Shown: positions 1 through 7,048 of the stretch, in pieces
How positions within the stretch are numbered: position 1 is the stretch's first letter
Layout of the letters: each line of letters opens with the position of its first letter
Origin: a virus
Taxonomy: Duplodnaviria; Caudoviricetes
Reading direction: 5' to 3' (one strand)
DNA length: 64,000 bases
Virus record (IMG/VR): IMGVR_UViG_2840500688_000001
Location: 6,810-70,809 of that record
The notes under the pieces: generated by a model
Seen by the model: only the letters and a program-made list of their open reading frames with translations
The model's database searches: none
What the model was told of the DNA's origin: nothing
Program-made: the position numbers and the translations under genes

Positions 1-4
1 TCTT

Positions 5-754
5 TTGAAGTTGGCGGACAATGCCAGTGATTTAGGTGAATGTTGGCCCAGCTACCAGCATATTGCTGATCAGTGCGAGATCAGCAAACGGTCCGTAATA
101 GGACACATTAAAGCGCTGGTAGATATGGGCCTGCTTCGTGTCGAAAATCGAATCAGAAACAACGAGAAGCAATCAAATTTATACCATTTGACACTAGATA
201 AATCAAATGATGTAGGTGGTGCAGGAAATGCACTAGGGGGTAGTGCAGGAGATTCACTAGGTGGTGCAGCAGATGCACGAGGGGGTGGTGCAGGAGCTGC
301 ACATAGAATCAGTCACTCTTCTGAACCTATTAGTAGTGGTAGTAGTAATACAGACGAAAATATTTATCAGCAAATTATCGACAAATGGAACGCCGCAGGA
401 TTTACGCCAATTAAAGCAATCACTCCAGGCAGTCAACGCGATAAGTTATTAAAAGCCCGCATCAAGGAATTCACGCTAGAGAAAGTACTTGAGGCAATTG
501 AGATCGCCAGTCAATCCAATTTTTTGAAAGGTGGCGGCGATAAAGGTTGGGTGATGGACTTCACGTGGTTTGTACGCCCTAACAAATTTATTCAAGTTTA
601 TGAAAACAAATATGCCAATCGTCCAGTAGCAGAAGGAGTTAATCATGCAACCCATTCAAGTAATCCAAACCGTAAATTGTCAGCACCCGAACGAGTACGG
701 GCAGCAAATGAGAGAGCAAGAGCGCAAAGAGCAGCGCAGAATCCAAGCGCTTGA
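5..754 (+). CDS. Phage replication initiator (lambda O-like, N-terminal HTH); probably 5'-truncated by the window edge
   Basis: N-terminal 'CWPSYQHIADQCEISKRSV' HTH, internal iteron-coded G/A-rich linker, C-terminal 'DFTWFVRPNKF' typical of phage replisome organisers. Confidence 0.8.
   Translation: MKLADNASDLGECWPSYQHIADQCEISKRSVIGHIKALVDMGLLRVENRIRNNEKQSNLYHLTLDKSNDVGGAGNALGGSAGDSLGGAADARGGGAGAAHRISHSSEPISSGSSNTDENIYQQIIDKWNAAGFTPIKAITPGSQRDKLLKARIKEFTLEKVLEAIEIASQSNFLKGGGDKGWVMDFTWFVRPNKFIQVYENKYANRPVAEGVNHATHSSNPNRKLSAPERVRAANERARAQRAAQNPSA
215..306 (+). repeat. Four iteron-like repeats inside the initiator gene (putative replication origin)
   Basis: GTGCA-N5-T(G/T)CAC units starting at 219, 243, 264 and 288 (spacing 24/21/24), each a small inverted repeat. 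Confidence 0.75.
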
Positions 755-1271
755 GCAAATTTGGGAATTCATGAGCCAAATGTATGGTGAGCTATGGATT
801 AATTCTTTTGGTGAAGTGGCCAGTGAGAATTTGGCATGGAAAGCAGGATTGTCAGGACTCACAGCAAAGCAAGTGATGAGTGGTTTAGAGAAAGTTGCAA
901 AGAGTGGCAAAACCTTTCCGCCAACATTGCCTGAGTTTTTAGCGTACTGCAAAGATGAGCGTTTTGATTTTGATGTTTTGTTTGCAACATGCGTCTACTG
1001 GTCATCTGACTCAGCGCTTAAGCAACGCGGTTTACAAAGAACGCGAGAAGCATTATTCATCATGGGGATTATTGGTGGTGAGTTGCAAACAGCAACGCAT
1101 GCAAAAGCAGAAGCATTGGTGAAAAAAGGAATTGCGGCGCTTGAAGAATATTTAAATGCTGGGGGTGAGTTGCCAGAATTTGTGATTGAAATTGAGCATC
1201 AGCCATTGCCAAAGCGTGGATTTAATTTTAAAGAGTTTATGAAGCAAATGGGGGAAGAGATATGCAATTAA
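645..1271 (+). CDS. Replication protein P-like (helicase loader position)
   Basis: GGAG SD before the ATG, overlaps the O-like gene, 'YGELWINSFG...W...L..LT..Q...G......FPPTLPEFLAYC' pattern. Confidence 0.65.
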   Translation: MQPIQVIQTVNCQHPNEYGQQMREQERKEQRRIQALEQIWEFMSQMYGELWINSFGEVASENLAWKAGLSGLTAKQVMSGLEKVAKSGKTFPPTLPEFLAYCKDERFDFDVLFATCVYWSSDSALKQRGLQRTREALFIMGIIGGELQTATHAKAEALVKKGIAALEEYLNAGGELPEFVIEIEHQPLPKRGFNFKEFMKQMGEEICN

Positions 1272-1301
1272 TCAAATCAATGGTGATGGTATGGGCTATT
1301 T

Positions 1302-1604
1302 ATGAAAAAAAGTGAACAAAAGCATATGAGTAGAGTTGCGGATCTTGGATGTATCGTATGCCGTAATCTTGGATATGGTAGAAGTCCTGCTGAAATTCAT
1401 CATATCCGTGATGGACAAGGCATGAGCCAAAGAGCATCTAATTATGAAGTATTACCACTGTGTCAAAAGCATCACAGGCAAAGTGGATACGGCGTTTCTT
1501 TTCATGATGGCCCTGAGGTCTGGCAAAGAAAATTTGGCACAGAACGTGCGCTCCTCGATCAGGTGAATCAACTATTAAAAGAAGAGGAGGCACTATGGGT
1601 ATAG
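1302..1604 (+). CDS. Ref-like / HNH-type recombination nuclease
   Basis: CIVC...EIHHIR...LPLC..HHR zinc/HNH pattern; nin-region position. Confidence 0.75.
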   Translation: MKKSEQKHMSRVADLGCIVCRNLGYGRSPAEIHHIRDGQGMSQRASNYEVLPLCQKHHRQSGYGVSFHDGPEVWQRKFGTERALLDQVNQLLKEEEALWV

Positions 1605-1999
1605 CGATTGGCATTGATTGCGGTGTAAATACAGGCTTTGCAATCTCACAAAATCAGAAGCTCATTGTTGTGACTTCATATAGCATTTTAGATGCAATGG
1701 ATATGTGTTTGGAATATCAAGATAAAGATCCCATTTTATACATTGAAGATGCTAGAAAACTCAGATGGGGTGGTTACAACAAAGGCAATACAGCAAGATT
1801 GCAGGGTGCTGGCAGTGTTAAACGTGATAGCCAAATATGGGAAGACTTTGCTAAAAAGCATGGATTTAGATATATGTTGGTCAGCCCAAAGTCGAATGCA
1901 AAAAAGCTAGATGCAGAACGATTTAATCAATTAACGGGATGGATTGGCCAAACGAATAACCACGGTCGTGATGCGGCAATGTTGGTATGGGGGAAATAG
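1595..1999 (+). CDS. RuvC/RNase H-fold phage nuclease (putative Holliday junction resolvase)
   Basis: N-terminal 'IGIDCGVNTGFA', middle 'YIED', C-terminal 'NNHGRDAAML'. Confidence 0.6.
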   Translation: MGIAIGIDCGVNTGFAISQNQKLIVVTSYSILDAMDMCLEYQDKDPILYIEDARKLRWGGYNKGNTARLQGAGSVKRDSQIWEDFAKKHGFRYMLVSPKSNAKKLDAERFNQLTGWIGQTNNHGRDAAMLVWGK

Positions 2000-2474
2000 G
2001 GTTGTGATTGAACATGGCGTAATTAAAAAAGGTGGTGAGGTTGTTGGCTACCGTACACCTAAAAGTGAATTATTCATTGAGCAAAAACGAAAGCAAGTTG
2101 AGGTACGTAGTCATACGCGTGTAAAGTTAAAGCATGCGGATAGAGCATTAGAAATATGGGCAAGATGGCGATTAACAAGCATTGGCTATGGCGATTCGCC
2201 GATGGCCACAATGGATAATCCAAGGGTGCCGCCAAAAAGCACGCCACCAGTTGGTTGTCATGAAGCACCTGAAATGGCATTGGCTGTGATTAGAGCATTT
2301 GAGCAGATGAAGAATGGTGACAAAATTAATCGCCGCTATGCTGTGGTATTGAGTCAATTGTACATGGAGCGTAAGAATAATGAATCAATTGTCACCACCA
2401 TCAAACGATTGAATTTAAATATTAGCATGTACCAAATCAGAAGGGCAAAAGAGCGGCTATCGGTATTGATTTAA
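1944..2474 (+). CDS. Putative late antiterminator (Q-like); true start probably downstream of 1944
   Basis: Position between nin-like genes and the late promoter/lysis region; basic C-terminal helix; no exact motif recognised. Confidence 0.45.
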   Translation: MAKRITTVVMRQCWYGGNRVVIEHGVIKKGGEVVGYRTPKSELFIEQKRKQVEVRSHTRVKLKHADRALEIWARWRLTSIGYGDSPMATMDNPRVPPKSTPPVGCHEAPEMALAVIRAFEQMKNGDKINRRYAVVLSQLYMERKNNESIVTTIKRLNLNISMYQIRRAKERLSVLI

Positions 2475-2493
2475 ATGTCTTTGAAGTATAATC

Positions 2494-2516
2494 GCCCCAT
2501 AAATAGGGGCTTTTTT
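2494..2516 (+). terminator. Rho-independent terminator
   Basis: GCCCC-N7-GGGGC followed by TTTTTT. Confidence 0.75.
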
Positions 2517-2541
2517 GTGTCTAAAAATAATAGAGGTGCGA

Positions 2542-3276
2542 GTGTTCAGTAAGATTTATTGGAAGTATATTGTTGCTGGAATGGTTTCAGGATTGGTTGT
2601 GGTTGGTGCGGCTTATTTGTTTTATTTGGCTGCGACAGATTATGATAGTTTGAGTCAGCATGGTTTATATAAGCTTTTTAAAGATCACGGGTCATTTATT
2701 GGGGCTATCATGGCAATACTTGGGGTGGCTTGGGTTATTAGTAATCAAAATAAAACAACTAAGGATTTAATATTCAATAGTATTGATTTAATCAATAGAG
2801 AATCATTTAATAGAAGGCAAGAAAGCGCATTAGATAGCTTAGCAAAGATTGCATATGCATTTTCCCTATCTTTGTATGATAGTAATATCGAAATGGCAGA
2901 AATGGTTTTTTATGACAAAATGAAAAAGGGGCATTTCAATAATATTGGCGATGAGTTAAAAAGATTAGATATATTTTTGAACAGTAGTCCGATTTTTTCA
3001 ATTGTTACTAGATATGTTGATTCTTATAATCATTACAATCTTGGCAACGATTATAGTTTGTTTCATAATTTAAAACAGTTCAGTATGTTTTTAGAATTAA
3101 TGGATAGTGAGATAGGCGATCATAATCGTCTACCGTTCAAAATTCTAATACATGAGGAGTATGGTGAGTATATCGAGCCATCAAACTATGGAATAATTTT
3201 TGAAACATATAGAAAATATATTGAAGCGTATATTCTTCCAGAGCTTCAACTTAGGATAAAAAATATGACACATTAA
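2542..3276 (+). CDS. AT-rich moron membrane protein (2 N-terminal TM segments, KDHGS motif)
   Basis: ORF 2515-3276; likely GTG start at 2542 after GAGGTG; hydrophobic segments then a soluble domain; paralogous N-terminus to 3931-4686. Confidence 0.7.
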   Translation: MFSKIYWKYIVAGMVSGLVVVGAAYLFYLAATDYDSLSQHGLYKLFKDHGSFIGAIMAILGVAWVISNQNKTTKDLIFNSIDLINRESFNRRQESALDSLAKIAYAFSLSLYDSNIEMAEMVFYDKMKKGHFNNIGDELKRLDIFLNSSPIFSIVTRYVDSYNHYNLGNDYSLFHNLKQFSMFLELMDSEIGDHNRLPFKILIHEEYGEYIEPSNYGIIFETYRKYIEAYILPELQLRIKNMTH

Positions 3277-3288
3277 TTATTTATATTA

Positions 3289-3316
3289 TTGCAAACTAAA
3301 CTTCATATGGTAGTAT
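3289..3316 (+). promoter_or_regulatory. Putative late promoter pR'-like
   Basis: TTGCAA-16 nt-TAGTAT with an extended TG, followed by a terminator; downstream of the Q-like gene. Confidence 0.5.
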
Positions 3317-3330
3317 ATGAATATTGTCAG

Positions 3331-3361
3331 AGACTGTGTTTATTAAATGCGGTCTTTTTTT
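3331..3361 (+). terminator. tR'-like terminator
   Basis: AGACTGTGT/ATGCGGTCT 9-bp stem (with GU pairs) followed by a T tract. Confidence 0.65.
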
Positions 3362-3581
3362 ATGCCTGAAATAAAGCATAAATATCAGAAACACATACGA
3401 CTGCGACCATAGTAGTCCATGAATCTGAAAGAGCCAGCTGGCGGTGCTACTCAGAGCTCTAATACATGGCAAATAAACACCAGCAATATTGCATGAATTC
3501 CTCCGATAATACTTCAGGGCAATATCCTTGCATCAGGTGACGATGCGCAATTGCTTATCGTTGAGCATATCAACGAACATA

Positions 3582-3658
3582 GTGCCTTTAGCTCAGTTGG
3601 TTAGAGCACTCGACTCATAATCGAGCGGCCGTTGGTTCGAGTCCAACAAGGCACACCA
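3582..3658 (+). tRNA. tRNA with CAT anticodon, most likely tRNA-Ile2 (lysidine) rather than Met
   Basis: Full cloverleaf: acceptor GTGCCTT/AAGGCAC, D arm GCTC/GAGC, anticodon stem CTCGA/TCGAG with loop CTCATAA, T arm GTTGG-TTCGAGT-CCAAC, encoded CCA. G1-C72 is paired, so not an initiator; C4/C5 in the acceptor stem as in Ile2. Confidence 0.92.
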
Positions 3659-3732
3659 AATTTGCCCAGGATGCCTCTGCATTTATGTAAGCCCTGGCTA
3701 TCTCTATTGATTACATTGTGGGGCGATTGATT

Positions 3733-3906
3733 ATGAGAAAATGCAATACATGTAAAAAAGAGTTATTAGAATCATTCTTCAATGATCAATCAGGTGATGA
3801 TTGTGTGTTATGCGCTTCAAAGCGAGTTGAAGTAGCTAAAGTTGAAAAACAGTCTTATGAAGAGGTTGAGGACAATAGCTGTGCAGGTGGTGCTTGTACG
3901 TTATAA
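3733..3906 (+). CDS. Small Cys-rich protein
   Basis: CNTC...CVLC zinc-finger-like pairs plus C-terminal SCAGGACTL; ORF 3718-3906, likely ATG at 3733. Confidence 0.55.
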   Translation: MRKCNTCKKELLESFFNDQSGDDCVLCASKRVEVAKVEKQSYEEVEDNSCAGGACTL

Positions 3907-3930
3907 TCAGCTTTATTTAATTAAGAGCTG

Positions 3931-4686
3931 ATGATGAATAATAAGATTGAACAAGTGGTTATATATTTCATTTATTTTGTTGTGGTGTGCTTTGGGATAT
4001 CTCTTGTTGCTTTTTTTGGCTCTGAGATTATGGGGGGTGTTTCGTTTTATGATTTTGCTAAAGATCATGGATCATTACTTGCTGGATTAATGGCTGTTTT
4101 CGCAGCATATTTTACTGTACATGCACATAAGCAACAATCAAGAAAAGAAAGTTTAAATCAAGAAAGGCAGCAAGCATTGCTGGCATTGCTTTCAATAAGG
4201 GAGAATATTAGTTTATTAACGAGATATTTAGAGTTTGGTGAAGATCAATTTGCTATTTTATCTAAACAAACATTTCCTACCTTGCAGGCTGATATTTTGA
4301 AGAGTGCCTTGTTAGTTAGAGGTTATTTTTATAGAAAAAAATATGATATTGAATGTAAGAAAATATCTCTTATTATCTTAAATGTTGAACTTTTTCGTAA
4401 ATATATATATTGGTTTGGTAGTTCTGATACTAAACACCTTAGTTTGCCAAGTAAGGCGCGTGAAATGAATGCATTATTAGAAAAAATTAATCTTAAAAAT
4501 AAAGAATTAAACAAGCTTGTACCTGATAGTGATCGTTTCTTGATATATGACGAAAATTTTTTATTTAAAGCATACTTAAATGATATTGGTACATATACAA
4601 GTTTTTCAATTGGATGGGATAAATTATTTGAAAATATTGTCGTGACGTTGGTAGATAGAATTATTGATATTGATGATATGAGTTAG
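3931..4686 (+). CDS. AT-rich moron membrane protein (2 N-terminal TM segments, KDHGS motif)
   Basis: Hydrophobic N-terminus, 'FAKDHGSLLAGLMAVFAAYF', followed by a terminator. Confidence 0.7.
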   Translation: MMNNKIEQVVIYFIYFVVVCFGISLVAFFGSEIMGGVSFYDFAKDHGSLLAGLMAVFAAYFTVHAHKQQSRKESLNQERQQALLALLSIRENISLLTRYLEFGEDQFAILSKQTFPTLQADILKSALLVRGYFYRKKYDIECKKISLIILNVELFRKYIYWFGSSDTKHLSLPSKAREMNALLEKINLKNKELNKLVPDSDRFLIYDENFLFKAYLNDIGTYTSFSIGWDKLFENIVVTLVDRIIDIDDMS

Positions 4687-4697
4687 AGAGTTTCAAT

Positions 4698-4721
4698 AGC
4701 CCCTTAAATTGGGGCTTTTTT
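4698..4721 (+). terminator. Rho-independent terminator
   Basis: AGCCCC-TTAAATT-GGGGCT followed by a T tract. Confidence 0.75.
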
Positions 4722-4732
4722 GTGGGTGAAAT

Positions 4733-5227
4733 ATGGGGTTTAAGTTAGGGAAAAAATCAAAGAATAATTTAATCGGGGTTCATCCTGATTTAGTTGCAAT
4801 TGTAGAACGAGCCATTGAGATCACTCAGCAAGATTTCACAGTCTTTGAAGGTGTTCGATCAATCACGAAACAAAAAGCCTATTATGCTAAAGGTACATCG
4901 ACCACATTGCATGGTTCCCGTCATTTAATAGGCAAAGATGGCTATGCTCATGCTGTGGACTTAGTACCGCTGATTCATGGCCAACTTCGCTGGGATTGGG
5001 ATGGATGCTATGCAATTGCGGAAGCTGTACGCCAAGCATCGATTGAATTAAAGATTCCTGTGCGTTGGGGCGGCGTTTGGGATAAGTTGCTTTCTGATAT
5101 TCAGGGCATGACAACAAAGCAAGCGCAGCAGGCGTATGTTGATCAACGTATACGTAATGGCCAACGAGCATTTGCGGATGGTCCGCATTTTGAGTTGCCA
5201 GTATCAGCCAAATATCCACAGTTTTAG
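4733..5227 (+). CDS. Endolysin, M15-family (L-Ala-D-Glu peptidase-like)
   Basis: 'GVHPDL', 'FEGVRS', 'SRHL....HAVDL', 'WGG.W', 'DGPHFEL' motifs. Confidence 0.9.
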   Translation: MGFKLGKKSKNNLIGVHPDLVAIVERAIEITQQDFTVFEGVRSITKQKAYYAKGTSTTLHGSRHLIGKDGYAHAVDLVPLIHGQLRWDWDGCYAIAEAVRQASIELKIPVRWGGVWDKLLSDIQGMTTKQAQQAYVDQRIRNGQRAFADGPHFELPVSAKYPQF

Positions 5228-5260
5228 AAACGAATGTAGGCAAAGCAGTAGAAGCCTGCT

Positions 5261-5372
5261 AAGACGGCACTGTAAGAAATGCGCCAACACTTCTTACAGT
5301 AGTCAACTGACAGAACCAGTTAACCCATTGCGCATAAACGCAAGGCCGCCCCCTGCAGGGGCAGTAATTTTA
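5261..5372 (+). ncRNA. Conserved four-hairpin leader upstream of com (copy 1); strand of the functional RNA uncertain
   Basis: AAGACGGC + 10-bp stem 5269-5300 (loop ATGCGCCAACAC), AACTG/CAGTT, TTGCG/CGCAA, GCCCC/GGGGC; same architecture with compensatory changes at 56391-56502. Confidence 0.7.
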
Positions 5373-5382
5373 TCAGGTTAAT

Positions 5383-5514
5383 ATGGAAAGAAAAAAGAAA
5401 GTTTTAACAGAAGTGAGATGTGCAAATTGTAATAAGAAGTTATGTGATGCTGAATACAGCGTATTAAAAATAAAATGTCCTAGATGTAAATCTATGAATA
5501 TTTTAAAGAAGTGA
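5383..5514 (+). CDS. com: Com-family zinc-finger translational regulator, 43 aa (not in the ORF track)
   Basis: MERKKKVLTEVRCANCNKKLCDAEYSVLKIKCPRCKSMNILKK; RCxxCNKxL...IKCPRCK is the Mu Com signature. Confidence 0.88.
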   Translation: MERKKKVLTEVRCANCNKKLCDAEYSVLKIKCPRCKSMNILKK

Positions 5515-5535
5515 GTGCCTAGAGCGCCTAATGTT

Positions 5536-5571
5536 GAATGCCTCGAGCATCAAAATAATGAGGTGTTCATG
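5536..5571 (+). promoter_or_regulatory. Com-binding hairpin plus SD-sequestering hairpin at the methyltransferase start
   Basis: GAATGCCTCGAGCATC (Mu site recalled as GAAUGCCUGCGAGCAUC); GAGCATC can alternatively pair with GGTGTTC, covering SD GAGGTG next to ATG 5569. Confidence 0.75.
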
Positions 5572-6360
5572 AAGAAATATACAAAAGCTCCATTACCATT
5601 TTTAGGCCAAAAGAGAAATTGGCTGCGTTTGATTAACGAAATCAATTTTGATCATATGACTGTGATTGATCTATTCGGCGGCAGTGGCATATTGTCGCAT
5701 GAGATCAAAAGAAATAATCCGAATGCTCGTGTGATTTGGAATGATTTTGATAACTATCAGGAGCGATTGAATCAAATTGAACAAACTGAAGCTTTGCGCC
5801 AAAAGATTGCCAAGGCGTGTAGTGTCTTTGAGAAAGGTACGAAATTAAGTGGGGCAGCCAAAGACGGCATACTTAAATTGATTAAAGAATCTGGTACAAC
5901 AGATTTTATTACCGTGTCGAGTTGGCTTTTATTCTCAGGCAATTATTGCCACTCTTTTGATTCATTGGCCAACAAAACATGGTACATCAGCCCGCCTAAA
6001 AATCCGCTGAATGCCGAGGATTACTTATCCAATGTAGAACGTGTCAGGATGGATTATAAAGAGCTTTTGAGTTTATACCCTGGTCATGAAAATACGGTTT
6101 TTATTGTAGATCCGCCGTACATCATGACCAATCAAACGGGATATTCAGCCAAGAATGATGCAAGGTTTAAGCTTGTTGATGCCATTCATTTATTCAAAGA
6201 ATTGGGATCTAGAAAGGCGGTTCTATTTTCTAGTACTAAATCAGAGTCTGATGAGTTATTGGATCTCATGGATATCAATGTGACAGAGCGCCATTCGTTG
6301 ATTGTGAGCCCAATCCCTGATCGAAAATACGAAGATTTATGCTACAGAATTAATTTCTAA
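5569..6360 (+). CDS. N6-adenine DNA methyltransferase (Hin1523/Hia5-like, mom-position)
   Basis: 'APLPFLGQKR', motif I 'DLFGGSG', motif IV 'VDPPY'; ORF 5515-6360, likely start 5569 after GAGGTG. Confidence 0.9.
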   Translation: MKKYTKAPLPFLGQKRNWLRLINEINFDHMTVIDLFGGSGILSHEIKRNNPNARVIWNDFDNYQERLNQIEQTEALRQKIAKACSVFEKGTKLSGAAKDGILKLIKESGTTDFITVSSWLLFSGNYCHSFDSLANKTWYISPPKNPLNAEDYLSNVERVRMDYKELLSLYPGHENTVFIVDPPYIMTNQTGYSAKNDARFKLVDAIHLFKELGSRKAVLFSSTKSESDELLDLMDINVTERHSLIVSPIPDRKYEDLCYRINF

Positions 6361-6426
6361 GATCAGTCATGCCACGGTTAGATACTGCTAATTGTGGCAT
6401 GCGCCTGAGCTTATATGGAGATTTAG

Positions 6427-6648
6427 ATGGAAATAAAGCAGTTATTCACAAATGACAATGGGCGATTGAGTACGACAAATACTATTCAGATGATGAGTGC
6501 GATTACGTTATGTGGTGGATTCTTTGCTGCAATGTTTTTTGATCTGAATGTGCCAAGTGAACTTGCATTTATTATTGCCAGTATGGCGACTTTAACGGCT
6601 ACATCAAAAGGCTTTGTTGCCATGAAAAGAGATAAAGATCATGCGTAA
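6427..6648 (+). CDS. Holin-like protein (DUF2644-like)
   Basis: 73 aa, two TM segments, 'NDNGRLSTT...Q' N-terminus, basic C-terminus; lies in the lysis cassette. Confidence 0.65.
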   Translation: MEIKQLFTNDNGRLSTTNTIQMMSAITLCGGFFAAMFFDLNVPSELAFIIASMATLTATSKGFVAMKRDKDHA

Positions 6649-6895
6649 ACTTAGATTGTATCTGCTGATCGCATGGGGCGTTTTAACCGCCCTTTTTTAT
6701 GCCTTACTCAAAAGTAAGAACCGAAAGATCGAAAAACAAAATGAGCAAATCAAGCAGCATAAAAGCAAGCATGATGAGCTGCAATTCATCAACGATCAAG
6801 AGAAGAAAACGAAAGATGATAAAAACAGTATCAATACTAGCAGTGAGTCTGATGTTGATAAGCTGCTCGAGCGCCACAAGGCATATAGAGATTGA
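6641..6895 (+). CDS. Inner-membrane spanin-like
   Basis: N-terminal TM followed by a coiled coil; overlaps a lipoprotein gene. Confidence 0.6.
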   Translation: MRKLRLYLLIAWGVLTALFYALLKSKNRKIEKQNEQIKQHKSKHDELQFINDQEKKTKDDKNSINTSSESDVDKLLERHKAYRD

Positions 6896-7034
6896 TTATG
6901 CGGCGATTAACTGTGCGGGATGGGAACGAGGGTCAATTAGTCGCAAAGATCAATTAACATTAGAAACAAAGAGATGGATTCTATCGCACATCATTAAATA
7001 CGATAGAGATTGTAAACGCCCTATAGCGGCATAG
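6816..7034 (+). CDS. Outer-membrane spanin-like lipoprotein
   Basis: MIKTVSILAVSLMLISC lipobox starting at ATG 6816 within ORF 6699-7034. Confidence 0.65.
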   Translation: MIKTVSILAVSLMLISCSSATRHIEIDYAAINCAGWERGSISRKDQLTLETKRWILSHIIKYDRDCKRPIAA

Positions 7035-7048
7035 ATAAGGAAGCCGCT

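Noticed and set aside
3380-3580. Possible second tRNA or ncRNA upstream of the tRNA
   Set aside because: No T-loop, D-loop or cloverleaf could be built; only short ORFs without support.
5261-5372. Resemblance of ACGCAAGGCC to c-di-GMP-I riboswitch sequence
   Set aside because: The other required elements (P2 tetraloop, receptor, P1 pairing) could not be found; the match is too short.
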